NCBI RefSeq assembly: GCF_006345805.1
Contig: NC_043011.1
Span: 66,166,464-66,230,463 of the forward strand
Source: Octopus sinensis
Taxonomy: Eukaryota
DNA: 64,000 nt
Reading direction: 5' to 3'
Program-made: the position numbers and the translations under genes
Shown: positions 26,760 through 40,432 of the stretch, piece by piece
How positions within the stretch are numbered: position 1 is the first letter of the stretch
Layout: every line of letters starts with the position of its first letter
Notes under the pieces: generated by a model
Databases searched by the model: none
What the model was told of the DNA's origin: nothing
The model's input: only the letters and a program-made list of their open reading frames with translations

Positions 26760-26789
26760 TATATATCTTTAATGCACTTACCGTGGTTT

Positions 26790-27075
26790 TAAAATAATTT
26801 TACTCCTTTTCAAATTCCCTTGCCTTTGATTTTCTTCCAGCTCTAGCAGTTACCTGCAGTCTTTCTTTAGGATCTGGTGGTAATCTGCCGTCTTGATTAC
26901 ATTTCACCTCCGCTGGTACCTCTTTAATGTCCTGTTGAAATATCTCACCTTGCTCTTCGTTTAGATTGCCAAGATTCACTGGGAAATAGATGAGTTGTGT
27001 GTGAAGAATGTACAGTTTAACACTCATGTTGCTCACAATATTTTGCAACATGGTATCAAGTTTGACTTTGTAATT
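26790..27075 (-). mobile_element. Chapaev-like (CMC) transposase C-terminal remnant
   Basis: ORF 26800..27078: NMSVKLYILHTQLIYFPVNLGNLNEEQGEIFQQDIKE resembles the MSxKxHFLHSHLDxFPxNLGxxSxExGERFHQDI motif recalled for Chapaev3-type transposases. Confidence 0.6.
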
Positions 27076-28289
27076 CAAATACGTGTTGTTTCAAAAGAAT
27101 TCTCGGCAACACTGCTAGTAAAGATCCCATGATGCACACAGGACAAGGTATGTTGTCTGCTAGAGGCGACGGAAAATAGTTGGTAATAATAAAGTATTGA
27201 AAATAAGCTGCAATATCACCTTGTGCTATCAGAAATTTAAGAGGAATTGCTCATGCACACCCGGTAGTTATAAGAACAGGTCACATCACCTCATTATACC
27301 TTCTTCTCCAGCATATATAATCTACCTCTGGTATTTCTCTGACATTATTTCATGTTCGTATTATTTTCAAACAGTATGATTTTTTAACTCTCCAATTGAA
27401 AATTAACTGAGAAAGCTGCACAATATTTAAACGATCAATTATCAGGTATTTGCAATCGGAGGAGGACAACAAAACCAGAGTTAGAGAACCCCACCTCATT
27501 CACCGATCTCCGTAAGACCGAATTTCATCGCACCAATTGTCTTGACACTGAGGTTACTTTAAAACCGATAAAACTGAAAGACGGTACGCTTATAACGTAT
27601 CTTACAAATGACGAACTTACTATTTCAGAATTTGTTCCATTATGCAGTTACAAAATTCTCTTCACATGCCTAGGATTACATTCTCCCCTAAATGGCACTT
27701 TGAAATATTTTTCATTCAGCTAGATTTGTTTTTCTCACAAAATACAATTATGAAAGATAAGTGATATACGCCACCAAATAAGACACTTTGTGTAACCCAC
27801 GGTATACTTCCAAAATACTTTCTCTCCCGCTACTTCAAAACTATCTTCCGTTATCGTCAGGACTGTAAAATGGGGAACGAGAACTCGAACATACCCATTA
27901 TCACAGAAACATGGTGTTTATTTCCTTGGATATATTCAATAGTTTCTGCAACTATAATTGCAAAGTAATCTGGCATATACAATAGTTAAAATGTAGATTT
28001 ATCAAATGTTTGTCAACAATTCTCAAATAACGTTCACTATTTACAGGTGAATAGTTTGATATAAATAAAATGTAACCGTTACTATTCGCAGTACTAACAT
28101 ACAAACCACTTCAAAATGTTTAAACACCATTGAAGTAAGACATTCATTATAGTGTAGTCAATATATATTAACATTGATAATATCATTCTTGATTTTGAAA
28201 CTCCTTCATCATTATTAGCCCTTATCTCAGCATCTCAAGCGTTTCGTCCCCCGCTCAGTAAGTCTCTCTTATGACAGATAGCAAGGCGT

Positions 28290-28840
28290 GTCTTGTCTTC
28301 ATGTGCAGAAGCGTTGATGCCCTCACATCTACACAGCCCACTCTCACATACCGCCACACCAACCCTCCATTCCCCATCCACATCGTCACCCACAGTTATA
28401 TCCCAGTTACCACCGCCCCCAACCACGCATAACTACACCACACAATCCCCACACTCATGCATCACACAAAAAACAAACACCACCACAATACATCACACGA
28501 CTCCACAGAACTCACACCACTCCGAAACGTTTCGTACCACTCTGTACCACTCCGTACCACTGCGTATCACTCCGTATCACTCCGTACCAAGCCGTACAAA
28601 GCCGTATTACTCCTCTCAGACTACGAACTATATTCACGACTTCCCAGCACACACATTACACACCACCATCTGCACATCCACACACCATCATCCTCACACC
28701 CACACCCTGTTATCCAGACATCCACACTTTACAGGCGGGCGCTCTTACATACGCTCACATCCACGCGTCAAAGTTATTGGCTCCTATCCCCAAACACACA
28801 CACATTCTGAGATATTCAAATACGCATGCACAGCTTCAAT
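28290..28840. repeat. C/A-rich low-complexity region with a 10-bp minisatellite (cgtaccactc) at about 28533-28610
   Basis: Visible 10-bp periodicity; His/Thr/Pro-rich spurious ORFs. Confidence 0.7.
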
Positions 28841-29208
28841 TTAGGTTCACTATATCTTTATTATCTCCCCTTCCTTCTACAACTCCTGTCAAACCATTTT
28901 CTTCTTCAACCACTCCACAGGCTTGATCACGATATCCATAAGTTTTTCTGTTTTCTCCTTATTTTCACTGTATCCTTTCTGTTAAGGAGCGTAGGCCCCA
29001 ATCCCGAGCGACAAACTAATATTCCTGATTGGCTTTCATACACCTGTATTCGTCATATATTTCTTCGTAAATTTCAACCACATATACATATATACATAGA
29101 TATATATACATATATATGTGATATATATATATATATACCGGAGTAAACACATAAATGTGAAACAAGGTGGAAAAAAGAGTACTCAAACACCAGTGGTAGA
29201 GTAATATG

Positions 29209-32200
29209 CTTTATTTAAAGCAGCAGAAAATTCAACAAAATCTGTTACTCTCAGTTTCTCGTTGCCGTTCATCAGACAGTTTTTGCTAGAATGGAACCGA
29301 TATATCAATTCAATCCAGACTCTTACAAGCGCTATACCTTTTAAAAAATGGACTTGTTTGATTGGCCCTTTAGAAATAACGGTCAATCTTCGGGCGATAA
29401 ACAAAAAAATGAGCTCAAAAATATATGTATATATATATAAAAAAATTATAAAAATTATAAATATTATAAAAATTATAAAATTCGAGGAAAAAACCTTACA
29501 TTGAATAAAATACATATTGACGTTAATGAAGAAAATATAATTAATGCATGAAAATTAAAACGCATTATAAATATTACACTGTAATACATATTGATATTAA
29601 AGTGTACATATATATATTAACATACACAGAAGGATGTGTACAAACGCCATACATATACAGACGTATAAATATAAATCTAAAATATACACACAAATGCATG
29701 CATACCTGTATGTACGCAATCTATCCCGCACGCAAGTTAAAATCATCGATGCTAATGTAGCGTTTCTTATTTACGGAGTAAAGCTTAAGTAAGGGGGACG
29801 TAAAGTTGTATATATCAGTATCAGTAAGAGAAAAAAACGAAAGAAAGGAAGAGAGAGAAAAAGGAACGAAGAAGGGGGAAGGAAAAAAGAAAAAAAGAAA
29901 AAGGAGGGGTGGGGAAGAAACGATATAAGAAAAATTATGTATACAAGCTTATACAAAATTATGTGTAACCGCGTTATTGACAGATATGGAGACAATTATA
30001 CAAATACAGAAGTTCGAATGGATACATACACATACAGTCGTGTATGTGTGTGCTTAAGCACAAGCATACGCTCACTTACACATACACAGAGACGCATGCT
30101 TACAAATACATATCCATGGCTGTACACATATTTACATCAAAATTCTAATTTTTGACAACATTGCTTTTTTTAAAAAAAAAGGTGAGTGCAATAATGAAAA
30201 ATATACGAAAGACATAAAATATAACACCCTATTTTGGATCATCTATAAATTAAAAATCAAGGTAATCCTATACAATACAATAACATGAAATAAACAAAGT
30301 CGAAGGTTTTTCGTAATGTATATGTAGAAATATAAACAAAATAAACAAAATATATGCATGAGACTTTGCTATACGTAGTGAAATCTGCATAGCGCGAAAC
30401 AAATCCCTCGTCGCGTTTACATACTAGTCCAAGAGTCAAAATCAAAATTTCAAAAGTCAAAAATACAAAATATATACTCTATATATACTCATAATAGGAA
30501 TCTGATTGAGATTAGACATGGTGCCGAGCCCATTAAGAAATGCAATTTCAAAAACGAAAACTCCTGTCCGTTAGAAGAGAAATGTCTAGTAAAAGGAGTA
30601 GTTTATAGAGCCAAGGTGCAAATAGAAGGCTCATCGGAATACAAGACATATACAGGGGCTTCAGAAAATTCATTTAAAACACGATTTTATTCACATAAAA
30701 ATTCATTTAGATACCCAGAGAATAGGAAGAGGACTAGCCTAGCAAAATATGTCTGGGAACAAAAAGAAAAGGAAACCCCACCTTTCAACGTGACATGGAG
30801 CATTCTGGACAGAGCGGCACCATACAGGCATGGAGCACACAAGAATAATTTTAAATGCAAGCTTTGCCTATTAGAGAAACTGTATATTTTATTCAAAAAC
30901 AATAATTCTTTGAATCAAAGAAGTGAGCTATGAACTTATGTAGACACGCAACCAAATTTAAAATGTCAAATATTAATATACCATATGGATAGAGTATATA
31001 TTTTGTATTTTTGACTTTTGAAATTTTGATTTTGACTCTTGGACTAGTATGTAAACGCGACGATGGATTTGTTTCGCGCTATGCAGATTTCACTACGTAT
31101 AGCAAAGTCTCATGCATATATTTTGTTTATTTTGTTTATATTTCTACATATACATTAGGAAAAACCTTCGGCTTTGTTTATTTCATGTTATTGTATTGTA
31201 TAGGATTGCCTTGATTTTTAATTTATAGATGATCCAAAATAGGGTGTTATATTTTATGTATTTCGTATATTTTTCATTATTGCACTCACCTTTTTTTTTA
31301 AAAAAAGCAATGTTGTCAAAAATTAGAATTTTGATGTAAATATGTGTGCAGCCATGGATATGCATTTGTAAGCATGCGTCTCTGTGTATGTGTAAGTGAG
31401 CGTATGTTTGTGCTTAAGCACACACATACACGACTGTATGTGTATGTATCCATTCGAACTTCTGTATTTGTATAATTGTCTCCATATATGTCAATAACGC
31501 GGTTACACAGCTTGTATACATAATTTTTCTTATTTCGTTTTTTCCCCACCCCTCCTTTTTCTTTTTCTTCTTTTTTCCTTCCCCCTTCTTCGTTCCTTTT
31601 TCGCTCTCTTCCTTTCTTTCGTTTTTTTATCTAACTGATACTGGTACATACAAATTTACGCCCCCCTTACTTAAGCTTTACTCCATAAATAAGAAACGCT
31701 ACATTAGCATCGATGATTTTAACTTGCGTGCGGGATAGATTGCGTACATATATGTTTGCATGCATTTGTGTGTATATTTTAGATTTATATTTATACGTCT
31801 GTATATGTATGGCGCTTGCACGCATCCTTCTGTGTATGTTAATATATATATGTACACTTTAATATGAATATGTATTGCAGTGTAATATTTATAATGCGTT
31901 TTAATTTCCATGCATTAATTATATTTTCTTCATTAACGTCAATATGTATTTTATTCAATGTAAGGAATTTTCCTCGAATTTTATAATTTTTTCTAATTTT
32001 TCTAATTTTTATATTTTTTATATATATATACATATATTTTTGAGCTCATTTTTTTGTTTATCGCCCGAAGATTGACCGTTATTTCTAAAGGGCCAATCAA
32101 ACAAGTCCATTTTTTTTAAAGGTGTAGCGTTTGTAAGAGTCTGGATTGAATTGATATATCGGTTCCATTCGAGCGAAAACTGTCTGACGAACGGCAACGA

Positions 32201-32249
32201 GAACCTCAGAGTAACAGATTTTGTTGAATTTTCTGCTGCTTTAAATAAA

Positions 32250-32250
<1 letters not shown>
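29209..32250 (+). mobile_element. 5'-truncated Penelope-like element: GIY-YIG endonuclease core between ~1.27-kb inverted arms
   Basis: 29209-30482 is the reverse complement of 30989-32250. Spacer ORF (about 30490-30933) gives CNFKNENSCPLEEKCLVKGVVYRAKV..TYTGASENSFKTRFYSH..WSILDRA..CKLCLLEKLYIL..LNQRSEL. Confidence 0.9.
29242..29280 (-). ncRNA. Minimal hammerhead motif in the PLE terminal arm
   Basis: Minus strand ACTGT-CTGATGA-acggcaacga-GAAA-CTgagAG-TA-ACAG. The mirror copy at about 32178-32218 has GAAC in place of GAAA. Confidence 0.55.
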
Positions 32251-32310
<60 letters not shown>

Positions 32311-32624
32311 ATATATATATTTACAGTGTATTGTGCAAACGAAAGAAAAATTTTTTTTTTATTGCTTTTATGTAGAAATTGGATGCAATTTACAATTAAC
32401 TTGGTCTTTTTTATAATTCTTTCACTAGCCCGTTTTCGGCCATGTGTATATTTAATCTGGAGTTTTTGATAGCTTTTGAGTGACCTGGTATTTCAAGTAT
32501 GTTGGAGATGGGTCGTTTCTGCCTTTCCTCTTGAATTATGATTATATACATATGCATATAATTATTAATTTAATGTATATATTTACATGCATAATATATA
32601 GATAGTTAATTAAATAGATTGATT

Positions 32625-32626
32625 GG

Positions 32627-32681
<55 letters not shown>

Positions 32682-32695
32682 ATAGATAGATTCAT
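32625..32695. repeat. (TAGA)n microsatellite
   Basis: Direct reading. Confidence 0.95.
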
Positions 32696-32712
32696 ATAGA
32701 TTCATAGATTAA

Positions 32713-32943
32713 GGCGGCGAGCTGGCAGAAACGTTAGCACGCCGGGTGAAATGCTTAGCGGTATTTCGTCTGCGTTACGTTGTTAGTTCAAATTCCGCCG
32801 AGGTCGACTTTGCCTTTCATCCTTTCGGGGTCGATAAATTAAGTACCTGTTACGCACTGGGGTCGATGTAATCGACTTAATACCTATGTCTGTCCTTGTT
32901 TGTCCCCTCTGTGTTTAGCCCCTTCTGGGTAATAAAGAAATAG
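32713..32943 (+). mobile_element. Octopus-type tRNA-derived SINE, near intact
   Basis: ggcggcgagctggcagaaacgttagc head with B-box-like gttcaaattcc; conserved body ggggtcgataaattaagtacc. Confidence 0.8.
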
Positions 32944-33871
32944 ATTCATATATATTTATATGCGCGTGTGCGTTTCTGTGATCACTCGCGTGTGTGTATG
33001 TGAATATGACTGAATCCACCAGAAGCTGTTCTTCTACGCAAAGTTTGTTGACCTTTTGTCATACATTCTGATATACTCAATATGAGGAGAGTCTCTTTAT
33101 GGTAAGTCATTTGTTGTTATCTCAATCTTAATGAATTGCAAATCATACCAACGGAAATAAGTAAATTGCTTTTAATATCTAATGTATTCGGTTTTATATT
33201 AAACGGAAAATATATTTGGGCAAAAGAAAAGTTTTTTTTTTATTTTGACAGTAAAAACTTTTAGTCTCAGTTCTACAGTTAGTGCAATCGCTAGAAGTGA
33301 ACACTTACGTGTGTTGTTTAATTGCTTGATATACAACTCATATACATTACCTATAATATTGCTAATATGCATGATAATTTATCATCAAGCATTATTGTAC
33401 CGTAATGTGAGGGGGAAAGCAAAATATTATGCAACCTGTGAGATTCAAGAGTTTTCGATCATCAAATTTCAATGAAATTCGCAGATCTGATTGAGTGTCG
33501 CAGATGTTATAGGAAATTTCAAGAATGTTTTGGTAATATTGGTAATGTTTTGTAAAGATTTCTATGGTAACTAATTGAAACACAAATGCAATTCTCCTGA
33601 TTGTCATGAAATGTACACTTTCTAATCGAAAAAATGTTTATTGAGTGGAAGATAATTTAACAAATAAATGTATTCCTTTGACATCAAAATAGATAGAAGA
33701 AAATGATTCTCACCGATTTTGCATTCAATAGAAATCACATTTTGAGAAAGACTAAAAATAGTTCGGAGTAGAAGTCTGTTTATTAGGCTTCCGCAGTCGA
33801 TGGAAAATAAAGAATCACTTCTGTATCATTTTGTTAGTGTTTTGAAATGATTTCAACAATGCAAATTGGAT

Positions 33872-33920
<49 letters not shown>

Positions 33921-33928
33921 TACATACA

Positions 33929-33959
<31 letters not shown>

Positions 33960-34222
33960 GCGGCGACCGTCATGAATACATAACGCCATTAAACGTAACA
34001 AGGTTGTTGAAGATTGGAGACAATGTTTTCTTTAATTATTAATATAGAAGATTGCTGACCATTAAAATATCGATATACATGTAATAAGTTTTATTTTCTG
34101 TCAGTCACTATACTTGCGGCTTGCTAGGCATCGGTCTCACTGCTTTTAGTCAAACAAATATAAAGCAACACATATGGATATCAAGCACAAACAAAGATAT
34201 ACAAAAACACGCTTATATATAT

Positions 34223-35405
34223 ACTAGCTGAAGGTGACCCGCTCTACGTGCGGGTAAGAGTGTAGTAGTTACTTTCTGTTGCTTCCTTTCAGCACGTAAA
34301 AAGCATCATCCGAACGTGGCCGATTGCAGCGCCGCTTTGACTGGCTTCTGTGCTAGTGGCACGTAAAAAGCAACAACTGATCGTTGCCGCTGCGAGCCCC
34401 CCTGGCACCTGTGCCTGCAGCACGAAAAAAACACCCACTACACTCACAGACTTGGTGGCGTTAGGAAAGTCATCCACCTGTAGAAACACTGCCAGATCAG
34501 ACTGGAGCCTGGTGCTGCCTCCTGGCTTCCCAGACCCCGGTCAAACTGTGCAACCCGTGCTAGGACGGAAAACGGATGTTAAACGATGATGATGATGATG
34601 CTCCGCCCTCTTTGTTTCTCTCTCCTTTCTCTCTCACTTTCCCACTTTCTTACATTTCTTTCTCTCGGACTCTCCCTCGCTTTCTCTTACTCTCTATCTT
34701 TATCTATCTCTCTCCCATTCATAAACAACAAAAGTTCTTGAGTAAGCTGAGAAATAAAATAGTTAGAAAGATCAATCATAAATATCAGGCAGTGGCAACG
34801 GAAAGGTCTGCTTCAAGACAGACAGCAAAACGCTAACATTTAAAAGGGAGAGACGAACTTGCGAGCTGAATAAAAATAATGAAATATTGGAAACCAAAGT
34901 TTGAAGGGATAGGATAGAAGAGTCACCATGGCTGGCATTTCTTAACGACGGGCAGCAACGTATTGACAGTTGAACGGCTGGCGTAAAATTTTGAACTTGA
35001 TGTAAAAGAAAATTCGTAAACACCAAGTTTTGAAGTGATTCTTTCTCACGGCAGTAGACTCACCATGGCAAGCATTCAAAACTTCTTCATCATGGACGGC
35101 AACACATTGACGATTAAAAGGTTGGCGTAAATTTTTTAGCTTGATGTAACAGAGAATTCCTAAACACTCGCTCATTTAAATTTTAATCCACTTCCAGCCC
35201 ATTTAGACCCCTTTTCACATTTTGGTTAATATAACCCGATTTCATTCGGGTCTACTGGGGCCACATTTTATAAGATGAGGAATTCTGTCCTAGAGGCCAC
35301 GCGTTTCATTTGAGGAAAAAAATAGTTGTCATGCAAACTTGCCAGCACTTTTAACATAGGTGTGCATATTTTCAGCTGAACCGACCGACCACATAATGCA
35401 CACCT

Positions 35406-35410
<5 letters not shown>
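34223..35410 (-). mobile_element. Helentron/Helitron-like non-autonomous element with internal ~140-bp degenerate repeats
   Basis: Minus-strand 3' end cccgc-acgtaga-gcggg hairpin followed by cagCTAGT. The 5' part is duplicated at 35770-36035. Confidence 0.55.
34295..34603 (+). mobile_element. RTE-type LINE/SINE 3' tail ending in (GAT)n, nested in the Helentron-like element
   Basis: ggcacgtaaaaagca repeats, ggcgttaggaaag, gttaaacgatgatgatgatg tail; GC-rich relative to flanks. Confidence 0.6.
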
Positions 35411-35445
<35 letters not shown>

Positions 35446-36081
35446 CAAGCATTATATATATATATATATATGTATAAATTAAATTAGAGATAAAATCACT
35501 AATAGGCAAATCAAGCAGTGAAAAACCAAAAACAAAAACATAAAAATAAAAATATAATATATAAAATATGAAACTGAAAAATTTAAATTATTTAAATTTT
35601 TAAAAAATTATTAAATTATAGTTATAATTTCTTTAAAATATATAGAACTATCAAAAAGTATTAAAAAGTTTAATATACATAAGTACAGATATATACACTT
35701 TGTATATATACATTATATATACGTATTTATATATAGAACAAACACACACACATATATATAAACGAAAGCATTGATGTAACAGAGAATTCATAAACACCCG
35801 CTCCTTTAAATTTTAATCCCCTTCCAGCCCCATTTAGACCCCTTTTCACATTTTGGTTAATATAACCCGATTTCATTCGGGTGTACTGGGGCCACATTTT
35901 ATAAGATGAGGAATTTTGTCGTAGGGGTCACGCGTTTCATTTGAGGAAGAAAAATAGTTGTCATGCAAACTTTCCAGCACTTTTAACATAGGTCTGCATA
36001 TTTTCAGCTGAACCGATCGACCACATAATGCACATATTATATATATATATATGTATATATGTATATATGTATATGTGTGTA

Positions 36082-36115
<34 letters not shown>

Positions 36116-36267
36116 GGAGTACCTCTCATACGTGAGCGTTGACGCTGAATTCGACTGGTAAGCAGGTAACCTTGTCTTTGTTGAAATAGTTGTGAACTGC
36201 TGGAGATATTTCTCTGACGGGTAATGCGAATTTCCATATCCTCCGAGGAAACGAACTGTTGACCCAG

Positions 36268-36504
36268 ACTGTCATGCTATTAGCTGTCAGAAGTGAAAGT
36301 ACGTCAACTTAATATATTTACGTCAGGTTAATACCTTCGTTAATTTACGCCGTTTATTTACGTACCACCACGCTGTTAGGTTTATAAATCAATTGAAGTT
36401 CAGTTTAAAGTTTATAAATAAAAACATTTAATTCCCCATTATAGTAATATTTGTCTGTTGAAATCCGTTTTAAGGCGGTCAATAGTTTAATTAAAGATGT
36501 GTCT

Positions 36505-36586
<82 letters not shown>

Positions 36587-36594
36587 GTGTATAC

Positions 36595-36625
<31 letters not shown>

Positions 36626-37164
36626 ATACATGCGTATATATACATGTGTATACATATATATATATATATACATGTGTAATCTATACACATGTATATATAT
36701 ACATGTATAGACACATCTTTAATTAAGCTATTGACCGCAGTAAAACGGATTTCAACAGACAAATATTACTATAATGGATAATATAAGCATATAACTACTT
36801 ATACACACATACGATAAATACAGACACACACATTAGTCAGACATATAGCCACATATACACACACACACGTGTGTATGATTGGAGTATGTGATCGCGGTGG
36901 TGGTGGTCATTTGTGCAGATTTGGTGTGATTTCTTTTTTAAAAACAATAATGAATAATGCAAGAATATATTTAGTTATAAAGTTTAAACAGAACATGGAA
37001 TGAAATGTATTTATTTATAAACTTTAAACTGAACTTCAATTGTTTTATTAACCTAACAGCGTGGTGGTGCGTAAATAAACGGCGTAAATTAACGAAGGTA
37101 TAAACCTGACGTAAATACACGAAGTTGATATATTTTCACTTCTGACAGCTAATAGCATGACAGT
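36268..37164. repeat. Outer inverted repeat (36268-36428 / 37003-37164)
   Basis: ~160-bp arms are reverse complements. Confidence 0.8.
36436..36777. mobile_element. MITE with ~75-bp TIRs and a (TA)n core
   Basis: Mirror ORFs [21 protein letters not shown] on both strands confirm the palindrome. Confidence 0.8.
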
Positions 37165-37464
37165 GCCTTAATTTTAATAAAAGCATCAATTTAAGAAAAA
37201 ATAATAAAGTAATAAAAAATGAAAATTTAGCACGAAAAATTTGCAGGGTTCTAAATAAATGTGAAAATGTAATAGATACGAAAAACCTACGTTATCACCA
37301 GAACACGTACGCACGTTGGTCTGTTCTGTTTGTATTTGCTCGATCGGCGCGTAGAGAGAGAGAGAGAGAGTGTGTGAAAGTGCTGTGAGGAAATAGAGTG
37401 AGTGAAAAAGTGATGGGAAGTTATAAATAGAAGTGTGCACGCATTATATATAAATATTATATAT

Positions 37465-37854
37465 ATCTTTATATATAAAAGTCAAGTTGTGTGTCTGTCT
37501 CCTACGATTTAGTTTCCTAACTACTCCCACATTTTGCGGTGCAGTGTAACCAAAAGCGGGTATCTTATAATCGTGATTCATATCGAGCCCTTCTGGGTAT
37601 TAGCACGCGTCTACGATGAGTCTACGATTTTAAAAATAATTTACCATCATTTTAATGCAATTCTTTCGCAATTATATAAGGGAAGTAACTCTCTAAAAAT
37701 GTCTACGATGAGTCAACGATATTAAAAAAAAATTACCATCATTTTCTTTCCATTTTTAATGCATTTTTTGCTATTTTTTGGCTATAACTCTCTAAAAAGG
37801 CTTATATAGTTATTTCCCTTACAAACCCGAGCAACGCCGGGCGATACTGCTAGT
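37465..37854 (+). mobile_element. HINE/DINE-1-like Helentron-associated element
   Basis: 5' atctttatatataaaa, internal direct repeat (ctacgatgagtc), 3' cccgagcaacgccggg hairpin plus CTAGT, inserted in AT-rich sequence. Confidence 0.65.
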
Positions 37855-38545
37855 ATATATATAAATTAAATTAGAGATAAAACCACTAATAGGCAAATGA
37901 AACAGTAAAAAAACAAAAAACAAAAACATAAAAATAAAAATATAATATAGAAAATATATAAAATTGACAAATTTAAATTATTTAAATTTAAAATAAAAAT
38001 TATTAAATTATATTTATAATTTGTTTAAAAATACATATAACTATCAAAAAGGATTTAAAAGTTTAATATACATAAATACAGATATATACACTTTGTATAT
38101 ATACATTATATATACATATTTAAATATCAAACACACACACACACACACACATATAAATGAACGCAATGAATATCTAATTCATAATATTTGTTGTCAAGTT
38201 GGGTGTTGTTGGTGGCGTATGGCGATGATAATTCTCCCTATGAATACAGACAGATACATCAATGAACGCCGTCTGACGAACTTTACATTAAATAACAGGA
38301 GGGGACTTGTCAAAGTTATATATAAATGGGAGTGAGAGGGGAATAAAGGAAATAGCGTGAGTGAGGAAGATGGCCCCTAGCAACTACACCTTTTAAGATA
38401 TGGATTTCTAATGTATCCCACGGGTATCGTCACCACAATCTACATGTCCCTGTAAATTTTGGAGCGAATCAGACGGATGTAGTGGCATTGACAGCGATCC
38501 AAGCGGTAAAAGCGCATTTCAGTTTTATATATATATATATAACAG

Positions 38546-38582
<37 letters not shown>

Positions 38583-38599
38583 AGTCTGACCCGTCCACT

Positions 38600-39100
38600 T
38601 TACACCTCTTCCCTAACCGACCCCTCTCCTCTTTCAATCAAGCCCATAACCTATGCGACCTCTTGGTCCACAGCTTCTGCCCTGACCCTACCTCCCACCT
38701 GGCTCGTTCCCCTGCTCCCGCCCACGTTGCCGCACTTGCCCTTTTCTCTCCAACACCACCCTCCTCACTGGCAGCCATCATCGACTCCTTCACCTTCACA
38801 TCCAGCAATATCATCTATTGCATCTCCTGCTCTCTCTGCCATTCCCTGTACATCGGACAAACGGGACGCCGCTTGGCTGACCGGTTCGCGGAACACCTCC
38901 GAGACATCCGCCTTGCAAATGACACACCGGTCTCACGGCATTTCCGCTCCACCGGTCACTCCTTGGAACACCTGTCTGTGTTCAGATTGTCCTTGCACAG
39001 AGGCCATCCGGATTCCCGTTTGCGCCGTGAACAGGGATTAATCTTCTCTCTTCGCTCTTTTACGCCATTTGGTCTCAACTCTCCCCACCTTTTCATCTAC
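38600..39100 (+). mobile_element. Penelope-like GIY-YIG endonuclease fragment followed by a CT-rich tract
   Basis: SSNIIYCISCSLCHSLYIGQTGRRLADRFAEHLRDI..PVSRHF..GH..RREQGLIFSL..PFGLN. Confidence 0.85.
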
Positions 39101-39901
39101 CCCCCTTTTTGTTTTCATCTAACCTCCCCCCGACTCCTACTTCTCTTCAGTCCTTCATCTTTTCACCCCTACTCTCTTTCCCTCCTCTTCCCTTCTTCCT
39201 TCTTCTTTCTTCTTCCCTTTTTCCCCCTCTCTCTTTCTCTCTGCTCCCTCACTCCCCTTCTCTTCCCCTCCTCCTCCTCTTCCCCTCCTCCTCCTCTCCC
39301 TCTCCTCTTCCTTCCCCTGCCCTCATTTCCCCTCCTCTCCCTCTTCCCTCCCTTATCCTCCCCTTCTTCTCCTACTCTCCTTCATTCTCCTCTCCCTCCC
39401 CCTCCCCTATCCCCCTCCCCCAAAATTTTGCTTATTTTATCGACCTCGGTGGACGAGAGGCAAAGTGACTTCGGCAGAATTTGAACTTAGGACATAATGT
39501 GTCGAATATGATTGTATCCATTGAAGACTGACCGTTATCGAAGGAAATTCAAAAGAAGCCATGGTGAATTCAAGCTGGGATGGTCACTGAAGGAAAGCTG
39601 GAGATCGACTGATGCTCTTCTACTGATACAACTGTTGTTTGCTAGTTTGTGTGTTCGTTATTTGAGCCATCTTTTGTCACCTGAGATGTTTTATGCTGAA
39701 AAAATTGTTTAGAAGCTGTTTTGGTCATGGTGAGAGGCATTGAGAGACCAAGTGCCACTGGATTTAAAATGAAAATGTGAAAAATATCAATTGAAATTCG
39801 AAATACAACACCTTGATGGATACAGTTCTATATTTAAGAGATGAGGAATTATGTACATTATTTACATTTGACGAATATTTGTCCTCATCTTGTTTGTTCT
39901 T

Positions 39902-39947
39902 AACACAACGTTTCAACTGATAAACCCTCAAGCCTTCATCAGGTGTC
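39902..39947 (-). ncRNA. Hammerhead-like motif in a PLE terminal fragment
   Basis: Minus strand GACAC-CTGATGA-aggct..cagtt-GAAA-CGTT-GTGTT. Stem I pairs and stem III is palindromic; stem II is degenerate. Confidence 0.45.
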
Positions 39948-40216
39948 TTGGAGAAATTTTGAACTTGGGTTCTCATTCCTAAGATTGGAAGTCCACCTGA
40001 AGATTGTCGATCAAGACAAGAAACGATTGTAGTGGCGGTTTTTTTGACTATTTATTAAAATTTTATGTATTGATTAAGTCTTTCCTTGTTTGTTTTGCAA
40101 AATAGTGGTTTTGTCTCGAATAATATTTTATAATATTTTACTATAAAATCGATTTAATCCTAAATCTGATTTTTCCCTGTAAATTTGGATTTATTCCCTA
40201 ATATTTATTATTATAT

Positions 40217-40265
<49 letters not shown>

Positions 40266-40299
40266 ATATATATATATACATATATATAGAGAGAGATAC

Positions 40300-40432
<133 letters not shown>

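Larger units (their letters stand above)
28047..33590 (+). pseudogene. Candidate decayed fourth paralog (exon-2-like 28047-28134; exon-3-like about 33504-33590)
   Basis: AG/GT-flanked 88-nt segment reads VNSLI*IKCNRYYSQY*HTNHFKMFKHH*, with stops near Cys positions. The second segment reads xCYRKFQECFGNIGNV/CKDFYGN*LKHKC after a 1-nt shift. Promoter-like similarity at 27690-27800. Confidence 0.4.

Noticed and set aside
32713-32800. tRNA gene calls at SINE heads (also 13748, 41838, 46400-46492)
   Set aside because: The A/B-box heads run into SINE bodies and do not form complete cloverleafs.
38663-39484. 273-aa ORF as a host gene with a Pro/Ser/Leu tail
   Set aside because: The N-half is a PLE GIY-YIG domain and the tail is a CT-rich low-complexity tract.
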